Source: Oligoflexales bacterium (GTDB lineage: Bacteria > Bdellovibrionota_B > Oligoflexia > Oligoflexales > Bog-1112). From it: a stretch of 13,612 nt of DNA. Position 1 is the stretch's first letter; each line of letters opens with the position of its first letter. Where the stretch lies: contig JBGCDR010000300.1 of the NCBI GenBank assembly GCA_045105515.1, positions 1-13,612 on the forward strand, read 5' to 3'. A program made the translations under genes and the position numbers. Below are positions 1 through 8,232 of this stretch, in pieces. The notes beneath the pieces are model-generated. The model ran no database searches, was not told the DNA's origin, and saw nothing but the letters and a program-made list of their open reading frames with translations.

Positions 1-73
1 AAAACTTAAGATTTTTCTCTTATTAGCTCTTAAACACATCTTAGGAAGGGGAATTTTGATGAAAATTTTTTTT

Positions 74-361
74 TCAAGCACAAATTTGTTTTGAATTCTG
101 GACGGCAAGATTATTTTTGCATTTTCTTATTGAATTCAAGATTAATTTCTTAGAAAAGAGATTGTTTCCAGCATCTACGTTTTTTTTGACTAGGCTGTAT
201 ATGGTTGAAACATCATTTTTAATACCATCTTGTTGAGTATTTTGGCTTTTTCCACTGACTCGATTGATTGGTTTTTGTTTTGTTAAACAACCGAAAAATA
301 TAAGGCTAATAAAAAGAAATAATAAAGACTTGCATAAACTGATTTTATAATTCTTCTTCAC
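74..361 (-). CDS. Small putative lipoprotein, hypothetical
   Basis: GTG start with AAGG 7 nt upstream; basic N-terminus, hydrophobic stretch and lipobox-like IFFGC; sigma-28-like motif about 46 nt upstream. Confidence 0.55.
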   Translation of the reverse strand: MKKNYKISLCKSLLFLFISLIFFGCLTKQKPINRVSGKSQNTQQDGIKNDVSTIYSLVKKNVDAGNNLFSKKLILNSIRKCKNNLAVQNSKQICA

Positions 362-406
362 CGCAAAACCTTAAAATAGTAATTTTGAAAAGATGTCCGA
401 GAGAAA

Positions 407-433
407 CTATCGGAAAAAATTTTTAATTCATTA
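407..433 (-). promoter_or_regulatory. Putative sigma-28 (FliA)-type promoter
   Basis: Minus strand reads TAAT-N15-TCCGATAG versus consensus TAAA-N15-GCCGATAA; points at the CDS starting at 361. Confidence 0.5.
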
Positions 434-586
434 ATATTTTTTAAGTCTATAAAATAAAGTACCTGAAAATATTAATACTTCTCGATGATATTGTGCTCAA
501 GGGACAGCGCAAGTAGTGAGTAAAGATTAAATATCACGAAGAGATGCGCTAATAATAGGTTTTTAGCTTATCCCATCTTATCTTTT

Positions 587-1486
587 TCATAAGGGCAGAT
601 TTTCAAAACCATATTTTCTTAACTCTTTTCCAACTCCAGAGATGTGAAGTAGGCCCATTATTCCGCAGATGGTATTTAGTTGATTTTTTTGCTCTTCTTT
701 ATATTTAGGTTCAAAAAGTTTATCGAATTTAAAACTCTCAGCTAGATTTTTCGCCATGATCTTGTCTCTGTCCCATATTATTCCATATGGTGCAGATATC
801 AGGGAAAGTGTCAAAAATGAGGTGTATGTGATTTCAACTATTTTATTAAAGGTTTTATGGCCATAAAATTGGTTTATAACAGCAGGAAACCAAGCTAAGA
901 GCGCTAATGGAGTAGCTACAGAAAATATCTGACCATATAAACTTGGATGATGATTTGATTCTAGGAGAATATTATATTTGTTATGTTTGAGACCCACTAT
1001 TTTAAGGTCAGTTTTAATATTATCTAGATAAATATCTAAATCCTGTTGTCCTTGCTTATGATAATTAGTCTCTAAAGAAGATATATTACTCTGTCCCTTT
1101 AAAAGCAAAGCAAGAGATTTTTGCATTTTAAATAATGTATGCTCTAATAAACGCCCTCCAATGTATTTATGCAAAAAGATTCCTTCAATTCCAAAAACAT
1201 TGTACTTTTCAAGAAATTTGCTTCCCACTTCATGAGCAAATTTAGTTTTTATGTGGGTTTCTCCCAAAAGAATCACAAGCTCTGGTTTGTTTTTAGAGAA
1301 GCGAACAAAGGCTCGAACAATGAAACCACTTTGACGGGCTACATCAATAGAATTTTTATGTTCAAGCATCCATATGTTCAAAGGGTCATGCTTATGAATT
1401 GTGTCTCTTGATTCTTTAGCAATCGAGTATGAACTTTCGATTAACATCAATAAAATCAGAGATAGAATTATTTTTGAATTGTTCAT
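587..1486 (-). CDS. Exported/membrane protein, TraB/PrgY/GumN-ChaN (TIKI/EreA) superfamily-like
   Basis: Preferred start is ATG 1486 (AAGGGA 7 nt upstream, then signal-like KIILSLILLMLI) rather than 1591. Motifs ILLGETH...FGIE, DRDKIMAKNL and GLLHISG match the order and pattern of TraB/ChaN-type metal-binding motifs; two internal hydrophobic segments. Confidence 0.55.
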   Translation of the reverse strand: MNNSKIILSLILLMLIESSYSIAKESRDTIHKHDPLNIWMLEHKNSIDVARQSGFIVRAFVRFSKNKPELVILLGETHIKTKFAHEVGSKFLEKYNVFGIEGIFLHKYIGGRLLEHTLFKMQKSLALLLKGQSNISSLETNYHKQGQQDLDIYLDNIKTDLKIVGLKHNKYNILLESNHHPSLYGQIFSVATPLALLAWFPAVINQFYGHKTFNKIVEITYTSFLTLSLISAPYGIIWDRDKIMAKNLAESFKFDKLFEPKYKEEQKNQLNTICGIMGLLHISGVGKELRKYGFENLPL

Positions 1487-1741
1487 TCTAAAATCCCTTG
1501 TTGTGTCATTTATTGTTTTACAAGTTTCTAGGTTAATTTTCCAGACAATTAGTACTTCTTGGAGAAATGGATTATTTATTTTCCAAAGCAAAATTATAAA
1601 TTGGGAATTAGTAGCCTATTTCCTAACTCCGGTAGAACTTATCATAAATGTCTCTTATTTCATGATATGTACACATTTTTTATCTGAATGATGAAATGTA
1701 GATCTTTAATATGCTGAATATATAAGAATATTAAAAAAAAT

Positions 1742-1768
1742 TCATGAACATAATAAAAATTCCGATAA
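1742..1768 (+). promoter_or_regulatory. Putative sigma-28 (FliA)-type promoter
   Basis: TCAT-N15-TCCGATAA ending 28 nt before ATG 1797; -10 matches 7/8, -35 is weak. Confidence 0.5.
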
Positions 1769-1796
1769 GATAATTAAAAATGGGGAAAACTTAGTT

Positions 1797-2825
1797 ATGT
1801 ATTATTTAGTGTCAAAAAAAATCCTATCTTCGAAGGTACTATTATCTTTTGTCATTGTGGTGTTCACTTCCTGTAACAAAGCATCTGATACGAATGAGGA
1901 TAATTTAGATTTTAAAGGTACCATTTCCGACGCTAGTTATATCCAGGAATCAAATGAACTTGTCTTGAATTTGTCTTTTTCAGGCTGTGATACAAAACAT
2001 GCATTCAGCCTAAAGATGGCAGACGTTTGCCTCGAATCTTATCCGGCCCTATGCGATGCAAGTCTATTACATGTGCAGGGATTTGGACAAAAATGTGAAA
2101 AGGCAGTTACAAAGGAAGTTAAACTTAAAATAGAGAACCATCCATACGATAAATATTTTCTAAACATTAACGGGACTTCTGTCTTAATAGATAGGGCTGA
2201 GCCCAAAACTACAGAGTTTAATGGGCAGATATCCTCAGCTAGCTACGAGAGGGAATCAGATGAGCTTGTATTGAATCTATCCTATTCAGGGTGTGATTCA
2301 AACCATGAATTTAGCCTGGAGATGGGTGATATTTGCTTAGAATCTTATCCAGCCCAGTGCAGTGCAAATTTATTATTTTTATCCGAGCCAGATCAGCAAT
2401 GTGAAATAGCCATAACAAAAGAACTTAGGCTTAAAATAGAGAACCATCCATATGATAAATACTATCTCAAGATTAATGGAACCTCAGTCTTAATAGATAG
2501 ATCTGAGTCTCAATCATCTGAGTTTAAGGGGCAGGTATCCTCAGCTAGCTACGATCGGAAATCAGATGAAGTGGTGTTGAATTTATCTTTTTCAGGTTGC
2601 GATATAAACCATGAATTCAGTCTTGAAGTGGGACGGTTTTGTACAAAATCTTACCCAGCCCAATGTGGTGCAAATCTATTGCATGTCTCAGGTGCAGAAC
2701 AGCTGTGTGAAATGTTGATCGTAAAGGAATTTAAGCTTCAAATAGAAAACCATCCTTTTGATAAGTACTATCTCAATATTGGTGGAAACTCTGTCTTAAT
2801 AGATAGAACTAAAGTTGAAAATTAG
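1797..2825 (+). CDS. Lipoprotein with three tandem 102-aa four-Cys domains (possibly NigD C-terminal-like beta sandwich)
   Basis: Lipobox VFTSC (Cys26); three repeats of pattern F.G.IS.ASY...S.E.VLNLS.SGCD..H.FSL.....C..SYPA.C.A.LL........CE....KE..L.IENHP.DKY.L.I.G.SVLIDR. Confidence 0.85.
   Translation: MYYLVSKKILSSKVLLSFVIVVFTSCNKASDTNEDNLDFKGTISDASYIQESNELVLNLSFSGCDTKHAFSLKMADVCLESYPALCDASLLHVQGFGQKCEKAVTKEVKLKIENHPYDKYFLNINGTSVLIDRAEPKTTEFNGQISSASYERESDELVLNLSYSGCDSNHEFSLEMGDICLESYPAQCSANLLFLSEPDQQCEIAITKELRLKIENHPYDKYYLKINGTSVLIDRSESQSSEFKGQVSSASYDRKSDEVVLNLSFSGCDINHEFSLEVGRFCTKSYPAQCGANLLHVSGAEQLCEMLIVKEFKLQIENHPFDKYYLNIGGNSVLIDRTKVEN
1911..2822 (+). repeat. Three intragenic tandem repeats of 306 bp
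   Basis: Units start at 1911, 2217 and 2523; shared DNA blocks such as gtcttaatagatag and aaatagaRaaccatcc recur at 306-nt period. Confidence 0.95.
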
Positions 2826-2856
2826 TAGCTGTTGTTATTCGATTGATAAGGGGAAA

Positions 2857-5800
2857 TTATTCTTGTATCGGCAGATTTAGAGAATTTTTTTCCTTTTCTT
2901 TTTGTTCTTTTTCCTTATTTTTCTCTTCGAGAGCTTTTTTCTGTGCCTCGATTCGATCGTGGTAAACGGAGTTATATAAGGCTGAATCAACAAACTTATA
3001 GCTAATTATTAACATTAGAAATACAGGCGCTGCAACTTTAAACATTCTGGTTGCACGGTTGTATCGCTTTTCTTCTTTGGTAAAAGAGTAAAAATAGCCT
3101 TTAAGCCAAAGTAATCTTTTCTGCAGCAGGCTAATATTTGATTTTTTCTTTGATAATTCTGGGATCCATGCTTCTATAGTAGTTAGAATTTCTTGGCTTG
3201 TACCAGCTAATACTTTCTTGTCACCATTCTTAGTTAAAATTTCATCCTTCCCCGATTCAATAAAGTATAAATACTGCAAGAGATGTGGTTCTCCACGATA
3301 AATCTGAGCAATTGAGTCAGATAAAATTAATGAAAACCTTGCAAAACTTCTATGATAGGACGCGAAAATTCGTTCTATTCCCTTGCTTAGGAACTGAGGA
3401 AGGAAACTATTGATTTTGGCCATTATCAAGACCATGGTATTGATTCCGGCACCACGTTTTAGAACATGGCCAATTTCACTTAACAATAGACCAAAAAGAA
3501 AGTCGTGGTAGTCCGAAGATGAGCTGTTAATATCTATAGTAAAATTTGCATCTGCCTCTTTTTTAACACGATAGAGTTCATCTTCCCTAATTATTTCAGT
3601 CCTGGTTTTTTCTATCTCCTGTGCTTTGGTGGTTGTCTTTAATTTTTTATCTTCTTGATCTTCTTGATCCTCTTGATCCTCTTGAACATCCTCTTCGCTG
3701 CCTTCCCTAACAGCAAAGCCCTCTCCCGCGGTAGCGCCTTCAATCTCATATTTTTTGAAGGAGGTAATTTTTTGAAAATCTTCAAGCTTCATAAACTCAG
3801 TATGAAGTCTTTTACTTTTTGAATTCTCTAGATCATCACTTGCCGAGAATTCCTCGCCATCTTTTAGCTGATCTTGGTACTCATGATCTGGTATTTCTGC
3901 TTTACCCACAACATCTTCAGGTCTATCTATTTCGTCCCCGAATTCCACAGGTATAGTTTCTTTATCGGAAACCTTAGGAGGAGCTTCTTCAGGAATGTTA
4001 AGGGCGAAGCTAAGAATTTTTCGACTAACGACGACTCTGGCTTTTGACAAACCTCCGCCGTATGTATCAACAACATCTTCTTTGTGGGGCAAGAAAATAA
4101 TATCGTCTAAAAACTTGGGGTCTGCCTCAAGACCTGCGCGTTTGAAGTACTGACTCAAATAGTCATGAATGCAACGATTCCAGGGATTTTTCTTGGTTGC
4201 AGGTCCATAAACACAAGTTTTGTCTAGGTTAATTGCAAAATTTTCCATCATATATGCTGCCCAAAACCACGCATATAATCCACCAAGTGGTAACAAGAGC
4301 GAGAAAAATAGGTAACGATCAAATTCGAAAACGATAGCAGTTAGAAAAATTAAAAATAAGAAAGAAATGACTATAGGAGTCATCAGAATTAATCTTACAA
4401 AGGTAAGCCAGGACCATGACCTCAACACCAGGCTAATCATTCTATGTTCAAGTTCTTCAAAGCCATGAATCAGAGGAATAGCTGTTTTTAAACAGATAAT
4501 GAGGAGGTATCCAAATAAAAAGCCTCCAATTATTGGACCTAGCCATTTTAACTCCGGTAGTTTTTCCCAATTTTCGTTTAGTTTTTGCACGTCAATATCT
4601 GCTAAGAGTTGACCACCTTGAATAAAGATCATAGTCATGGTGATAAGGAGTGCTATGAGAAGCAGCGGGAAAAGTGAGCGGTTGAATTGGCTAGAACCTC
4701 TGGAAACCGTTTGGTAAACACTAAAAAATAATATTGGTCCAAAAGTAATGATTGCAAAGAAATACATTAAGATTAGCTTCAAAGTTTCACGGTTTTTTTC
4801 TGCGAACACCTGTACGTGATCAACTGCAATTTGCCACCAATCTGGTTCTGGAGGAGGAACATTTGCTAAATCCTCTTCATCTGTTTTTTCTTCACCTTCC
4901 TTTTTTTCTCCTTCTGGGCCCTCTTTAGCTCCTTTTGCAGAAATATTTTCTGAATTTTTATTTTTATCAGTATCTTTACCTTTTTGGTTTTTATTTTCGT
5001 TATTTTTAGCTAACTTATCTTTTTCTTTACCCTTATCTTTACTCTTTTCTTTTCCTTCCTTGTCTTTAACTAAAGCCGGATCTTTGTTTTCTTCTTGTTC
5101 TTGAAGTTTTTCTTCAGCTTCTTCTTTAAGTTCTTCTTCAGTTTGTTTTTGAACAATTTCTTGGATTTTTTTATCGCGAGCTTCTCGTGCTAAATTGATT
5201 TTTGCTTTGGCTTCTAAGCGATCAATCAATCCACTCTTACCAGTAATTGGTTTCATGGCTTTAAAAATTTCTACCCGAAGTTCAGGTAAACCAATTTGCT
5301 TATTAAAAGGGATCGATCCAGACTCAAGAATTTGTAAAGTATTCAGATCCTGTATTTCATACCAAAGGGAGTTTTTCTTCAATAGACCGTTGAAATAAAT
5401 TGAAGCTATTATCACCGTGTCGGTGTCGCATTCTTCACCCTCACAAGGGGGTGGTTTAATGGTTTCTTTTGTTGAAGATTCGAGTTTATTAAACTCTGAT
5501 AAATCCTGATAAACCTTGTATTCTATGGCCTTAGCAACCCATCTTCTAATAGGTTTGTCAGGCAATATTTCTACCAAGAAGTTTGCTTTAAACTCCTTTT
5601 CCGGTTCTATTTCTTCCTCTTCCTCTTCCTCTTCCTCTTCCTCTTCCTCTTCCTCAGCCTCTTCCTCAGCCTCTTCTCCCTTATCTTTTTCAGTTACTTT
5701 TTTATCCAAGTCCTCTTTGTTGGATAACTTATCAGATTTTTTTGTAGCATTTATATTTTTTTTGCTTTTTTTGGTTTTTGTTCTTTTGTTTGATTTTTGT

Positions 5801-5898
5801 TCTACCTTGGTTTTTTTTACATTTTTTTTCTTTGCGAATCCGCTATTGGGTGTATAAGCGAGAAATAATGTAAGAAGTATAAGAAGTAATTTTTGCAT
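2857..5898 (-). CDS. Large polytopic membrane protein: signal peptide, charged low-complexity linkers, about 5 central TM helices, degenerate M48/HtpX-like domain, C-terminal TM helix
   Basis: 1013-aa ORF; N-terminal signal (MQKLLLILLTLFLAYTPNSGFA); hydrophobic segments at about 4240-4780; YGGG..ARVVVS..IL, LLLSEIGH, ARFSLILSD..A and KRLLWL follow M48 motif order. Last gene of the operon, 13 nt after the previous stop. Confidence 0.8.
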   Translation of the reverse strand: MQKLLLILLTLFLAYTPNSGFAKKKNVKKTKVEQKSNKRTKTKKSKKNINATKKSDKLSNKEDLDKKVTEKDKGEEAEEEAEEEEEEEEEEEEEEEIEPEKEFKANFLVEILPDKPIRRWVAKAIEYKVYQDLSEFNKLESSTKETIKPPPCEGEECDTDTVIIASIYFNGLLKKNSLWYEIQDLNTLQILESGSIPFNKQIGLPELRVEIFKAMKPITGKSGLIDRLEAKAKINLAREARDKKIQEIVQKQTEEELKEEAEEKLQEQEENKDPALVKDKEGKEKSKDKGKEKDKLAKNNENKNQKGKDTDKNKNSENISAKGAKEGPEGEKKEGEEKTDEEDLANVPPPEPDWWQIAVDHVQVFAEKNRETLKLILMYFFAIITFGPILFFSVYQTVSRGSSQFNRSLFPLLLIALLITMTMIFIQGGQLLADIDVQKLNENWEKLPELKWLGPIIGGFLFGYLLIICLKTAIPLIHGFEELEHRMISLVLRSWSWLTFVRLILMTPIVISFLFLIFLTAIVFEFDRYLFFSLLLPLGGLYAWFWAAYMMENFAINLDKTCVYGPATKKNPWNRCIHDYLSQYFKRAGLEADPKFLDDIIFLPHKEDVVDTYGGGLSKARVVVSRKILSFALNIPEEAPPKVSDKETIPVEFGDEIDRPEDVVGKAEIPDHEYQDQLKDGEEFSASDDLENSKSKRLHTEFMKLEDFQKITSFKKYEIEGATAGEGFAVREGSEEDVQEDQEDQEDQEDKKLKTTTKAQEIEKTRTEIIREDELYRVKKEADANFTIDINSSSSDYHDFLFGLLLSEIGHVLKRGAGINTMVLIMAKINSFLPQFLSKGIERIFASYHRSFARFSLILSDSIAQIYRGEPHLLQYLYFIESGKDEILTKNGDKKVLAGTSQEILTTIEAWIPELSKKKSNISLLQKRLLWLKGYFYSFTKEEKRYNRATRMFKVAAPVFLMLIISYKFVDSALYNSVYHDRIEAQKKALEEKNKEKEQKEKEKNSLNLPIQE
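3649..3684 (-). repeat. Four copies of a 9-bp unit encoding (QED)4
   Basis: + strand ATCTTCTTG x2 followed by ATCCTCTTG x2. Confidence 0.9.
5611..5676 (-). repeat. Hexanucleotide microsatellite encoding a poly-Glu tract
   Basis: Seven perfect TTCCTC units at 5614-5655 (GAGGAA coding) plus AGCCTCTTC variants; protein reads EEAEEEA followed by 15 Glu. Confidence 0.95.
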
Positions 5899-5911
5899 AA
5901 ACGACTCGATT

Positions 5912-6511
5912 TTACTGAGAGATTGCTATAAACCAGAGAAGGGAACTAACGCAACTTTGCCAACCAAGTTCGCCTCTATAGTTATATTCTGTACAAAAAT
6001 TATTTAAGCTATGAGCGAAACACTCATGGTTGACTTCGTAGCAATCAAGGAACTTAGATAAGCTTAATTTTGCAGCTATATTTGAGTATTTCTTCATTAA
6101 TGCATCAGACATTTTTTCTTGATGAGACCCTTTTTTCTTTAGTAGAAAAAAACGTTCTCGGCTTGATAAATGATCATTTTCGGAGAGTTTATTCACAATG
6201 ATAGTATCGCTAATATATTTACATTGCTTACTTCTTCTACCTGCAAATTTACCACAATAGATATTCATTTGTTTCATCAAGCATTGGAGTTTGAGATTTA
6301 TAATCGATGATCTACATGAACTTCGGTTTTCTACACCCATTTGCTTTTGAATTTTTAAAATTTTATTGATGGGTGTTGCTATAAGTGCAGCAAGGCTATT
6401 GCCAATATAATTTATTTTTTTCTGTTCACTCCATTCCAAGTTAGAAAAAGAGGTCTTGCTATGGACCACGGTAAACAATATTACTAGAAGTGAAAAAATA
6501 TTTCGATTCAT
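5912..6511 (-). CDS. Cys-rich exported hypothetical protein
   Basis: Preferred start ATG 6511 forms an ATGA overlap with the upstream stop; signal-like MNRNIFSLLVILFTVVHSKTSFS; eight Cys in the mature part. Confidence 0.75.
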   Translation of the reverse strand: MNRNIFSLLVILFTVVHSKTSFSNLEWSEQKKINYIGNSLAALIATPINKILKIQKQMGVENRSSCRSSIINLKLQCLMKQMNIYCGKFAGRRSKQCKYISDTIIVNKLSENDHLSSRERFFLLKKKGSHQEKMSDALMKKYSNIAAKLSLSKFLDCYEVNHECFAHSLNNFCTEYNYRGELGWQSCVSSLLWFIAISQ

Positions 6512-8232
6512 AAACGCTGCCATTTTGCTTTAAATTTCTTGCGGAAAACTTTTATAAAATGATGCATATGTAAAGACCAAGGGTAAACGGATAATAAATC
6601 TAGACGATTATGAAGCCACTCGTCTCCTAACATTACATCTATTCCGTTAAGTGCATGGGTTTTACTTAAGAGAAAAGGATTTGCTTTTTTGAAGAGGTGA
6701 GATAAGTCTCCTTGACTGCGATTTCTAAGAGCTTTTCGAGAAAGGAATCCAGCATAGCGAAAATTACCATGTAAAACATTAGCTGTTTTTTTAAACCAAT
6801 TCACTGGTATCTTAGCATTTTGATCACTAAGAGTTGAAGTTGTATGAATTTCAAAAAGCTGAAATTCAAATTGATTAATTTTAATTTTGGAAGCCTTAAC
6901 AGGAGTGTCATTTTCACCAACTATAAAACAGTGAAAAGAAGCCGCCCTGGTGATAGGATGTTTCGATTCGGCTAATTTATCAAAAGGGTCGAGAGATTTT
7001 TTAGATTTGCTTTTATCTTTTTTCTTTTCTTTATTTTTGTCTTTATCCTTATCTTGAGGATCTTCAATTTTTATCTGGTATTTTTCGATCTTTTTTGTCA
7101 GCAAATCCATCTTTGCTTGCACCTTTTCTCGGTGCAATAAAAATTCTAAATGTTGTTTTGCTCCTGCTTCTTCCAAACCTTCTAAAGGGTTTTTTACGAT
7201 TTTGCTGCAAATATCAGATTCTAATCCCCAATGAATTTGATATTCTCGACAATAGCCTGCAGGGGCGTTGTGTGATGAGGTAAATAAAAGGTGTGCGATA
7301 ACGAATTCAAACTTATGAGAAAGAGTATCATCATCCTCTGTTAGGATATTGGGGAGCTCCGCATATCGATCTACACAATCACCTGGAAAAAGAAAATTAT
7401 GCAATGCATGTAACCATTTACCTTTTGGTGGCGGGAGATTGGTTAATATGTGGTGAGATGCTCGTGGAGTTGCATTCATTACCAAACCTTGGTGGTCGCC
7501 TAGAAGTTCTATTTCGTTTACCTGCTCTCTAAATGTCGCGCGAAAGCTGTTCACAATATCAGCAAACGGAATGGAAAGGAAATTTAGCATTTTCTTTGCA
7601 AGTTTCCGATAGGTATAGTGCAGCTGTGGTTCGTCAAGTTGCCTCAATTGACAGACCTGTCCCGATTCATTAGATTTTTCATCCTCTTCAGGTTTACAGT
7701 CTCCTAATTTATTAGAAAGTCCCATTTTGGCTGCTCTCAATACCAATTCGCATCCTGGTTTATCAACTTTCTTTTTCTTTTTTTCTGCTTTGATACAGTA
7801 TTCAGAAGCAGAGGGATCGAATTGTTTTCCAATATCTGAAAGGAGCATGAGAGTACGATCATTTATAGTGAAAGAATTTAGGTAAAAAATAGCAAGAAAC
7901 AAGAAACTCATTTGAATTGATAAAGGGAAATCAAAGGCAACCTTGTGCCGATTAGACAAAAGGCTAAAATAGATTCCTTTGTAATAAAATAGTATGCTGC
8001 CACCACCAATTTCATAATGCTTACTTATACTAAATGCAACTTCTGAATCTTTTCCCCCGTAAAAATGCAGTAGTATTGATAAACTTACAATGGTAAAAAA
8101 ACCAATTAGTGATAAAGTGATGGGTTCATATTTTAAGAGATTTTTGAAAATGAAAAAATCAGTGTAGATGATAACAAATGTTAAACATATAAAGATAAAT
8201 AAGCAGAATATAGATTTAACGCCAATTTTCAT
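6508..8232 (-). CDS. Membrane-anchored hypothetical protein with a large Cys-rich soluble domain
   Basis: 574-aa ORF; ATGA overlap with the motB-like stop; 3-4 N-terminal hydrophobic segments followed by a domain with eight Cys. Confidence 0.8.
   Translation of the reverse strand: MKIGVKSIFCLFIFICLTFVIIYTDFFIFKNLLKYEPITLSLIGFFTIVSLSILLHFYGGKDSEVAFSISKHYEIGGGSILFYYKGIYFSLLSNRHKVAFDFPLSIQMSFLFLAIFYLNSFTINDRTLMLLSDIGKQFDPSASEYCIKAEKKKKKVDKPGCELVLRAAKMGLSNKLGDCKPEEDEKSNESGQVCQLRQLDEPQLHYTYRKLAKKMLNFLSIPFADIVNSFRATFREQVNEIELLGDHQGLVMNATPRASHHILTNLPPPKGKWLHALHNFLFPGDCVDRYAELPNILTEDDDTLSHKFEFVIAHLLFTSSHNAPAGYCREYQIHWGLESDICSKIVKNPLEGLEEAGAKQHLEFLLHREKVQAKMDLLTKKIEKYQIKIEDPQDKDKDKNKEKKKDKSKSKKSLDPFDKLAESKHPITRAASFHCFIVGENDTPVKASKIKINQFEFQLFEIHTTSTLSDQNAKIPVNWFKKTANVLHGNFRYAGFLSRKALRNRSQGDLSHLFKKANPFLLSKTHALNGIDVMLGDEWLHNRLDLLSVYPWSLHMHHFIKVFRKKFKAKWQRL

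Noticed and set aside
1..128. Alternative minus-strand frame open to the left edge (ENAKIILPSRIQNKFVLEKKIFIKIPLP...), suggesting a frameshifted lipoprotein or an overlapping next gene
   Set aside because: Too short and cut by the window edge; cannot be distinguished from chance.
501..578. Imperfect inverted repeat AGCGCA...TGCGCT with inner GTGA/TCAC, a possible structured RNA or terminator
   Set aside because: Short interrupted stems, no adjacent U-tract and no recognisable RNA family motif.
1169..1691. Plus-strand ORFs 1169-1411 and 1401-1691
   Set aside because: Antisense shadows of the better-supported minus-strand CDS; no motifs.
1911..2822. 306-bp repeats as a CRISPR array, DGR template/variable pair or mobile element
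   Set aside because: They are in-frame protein domain repeats; there are no spacers, differences are not adenine-specific, and no reverse transcriptase or transposase is nearby.
5195..7283. Plus-strand ORFs 5195-5398, 5516-5857 (poly-Ser) and 7095-7283
   Set aside because: Antisense to operon genes; the poly-Ser is simply the complement of the poly-Glu repeat.
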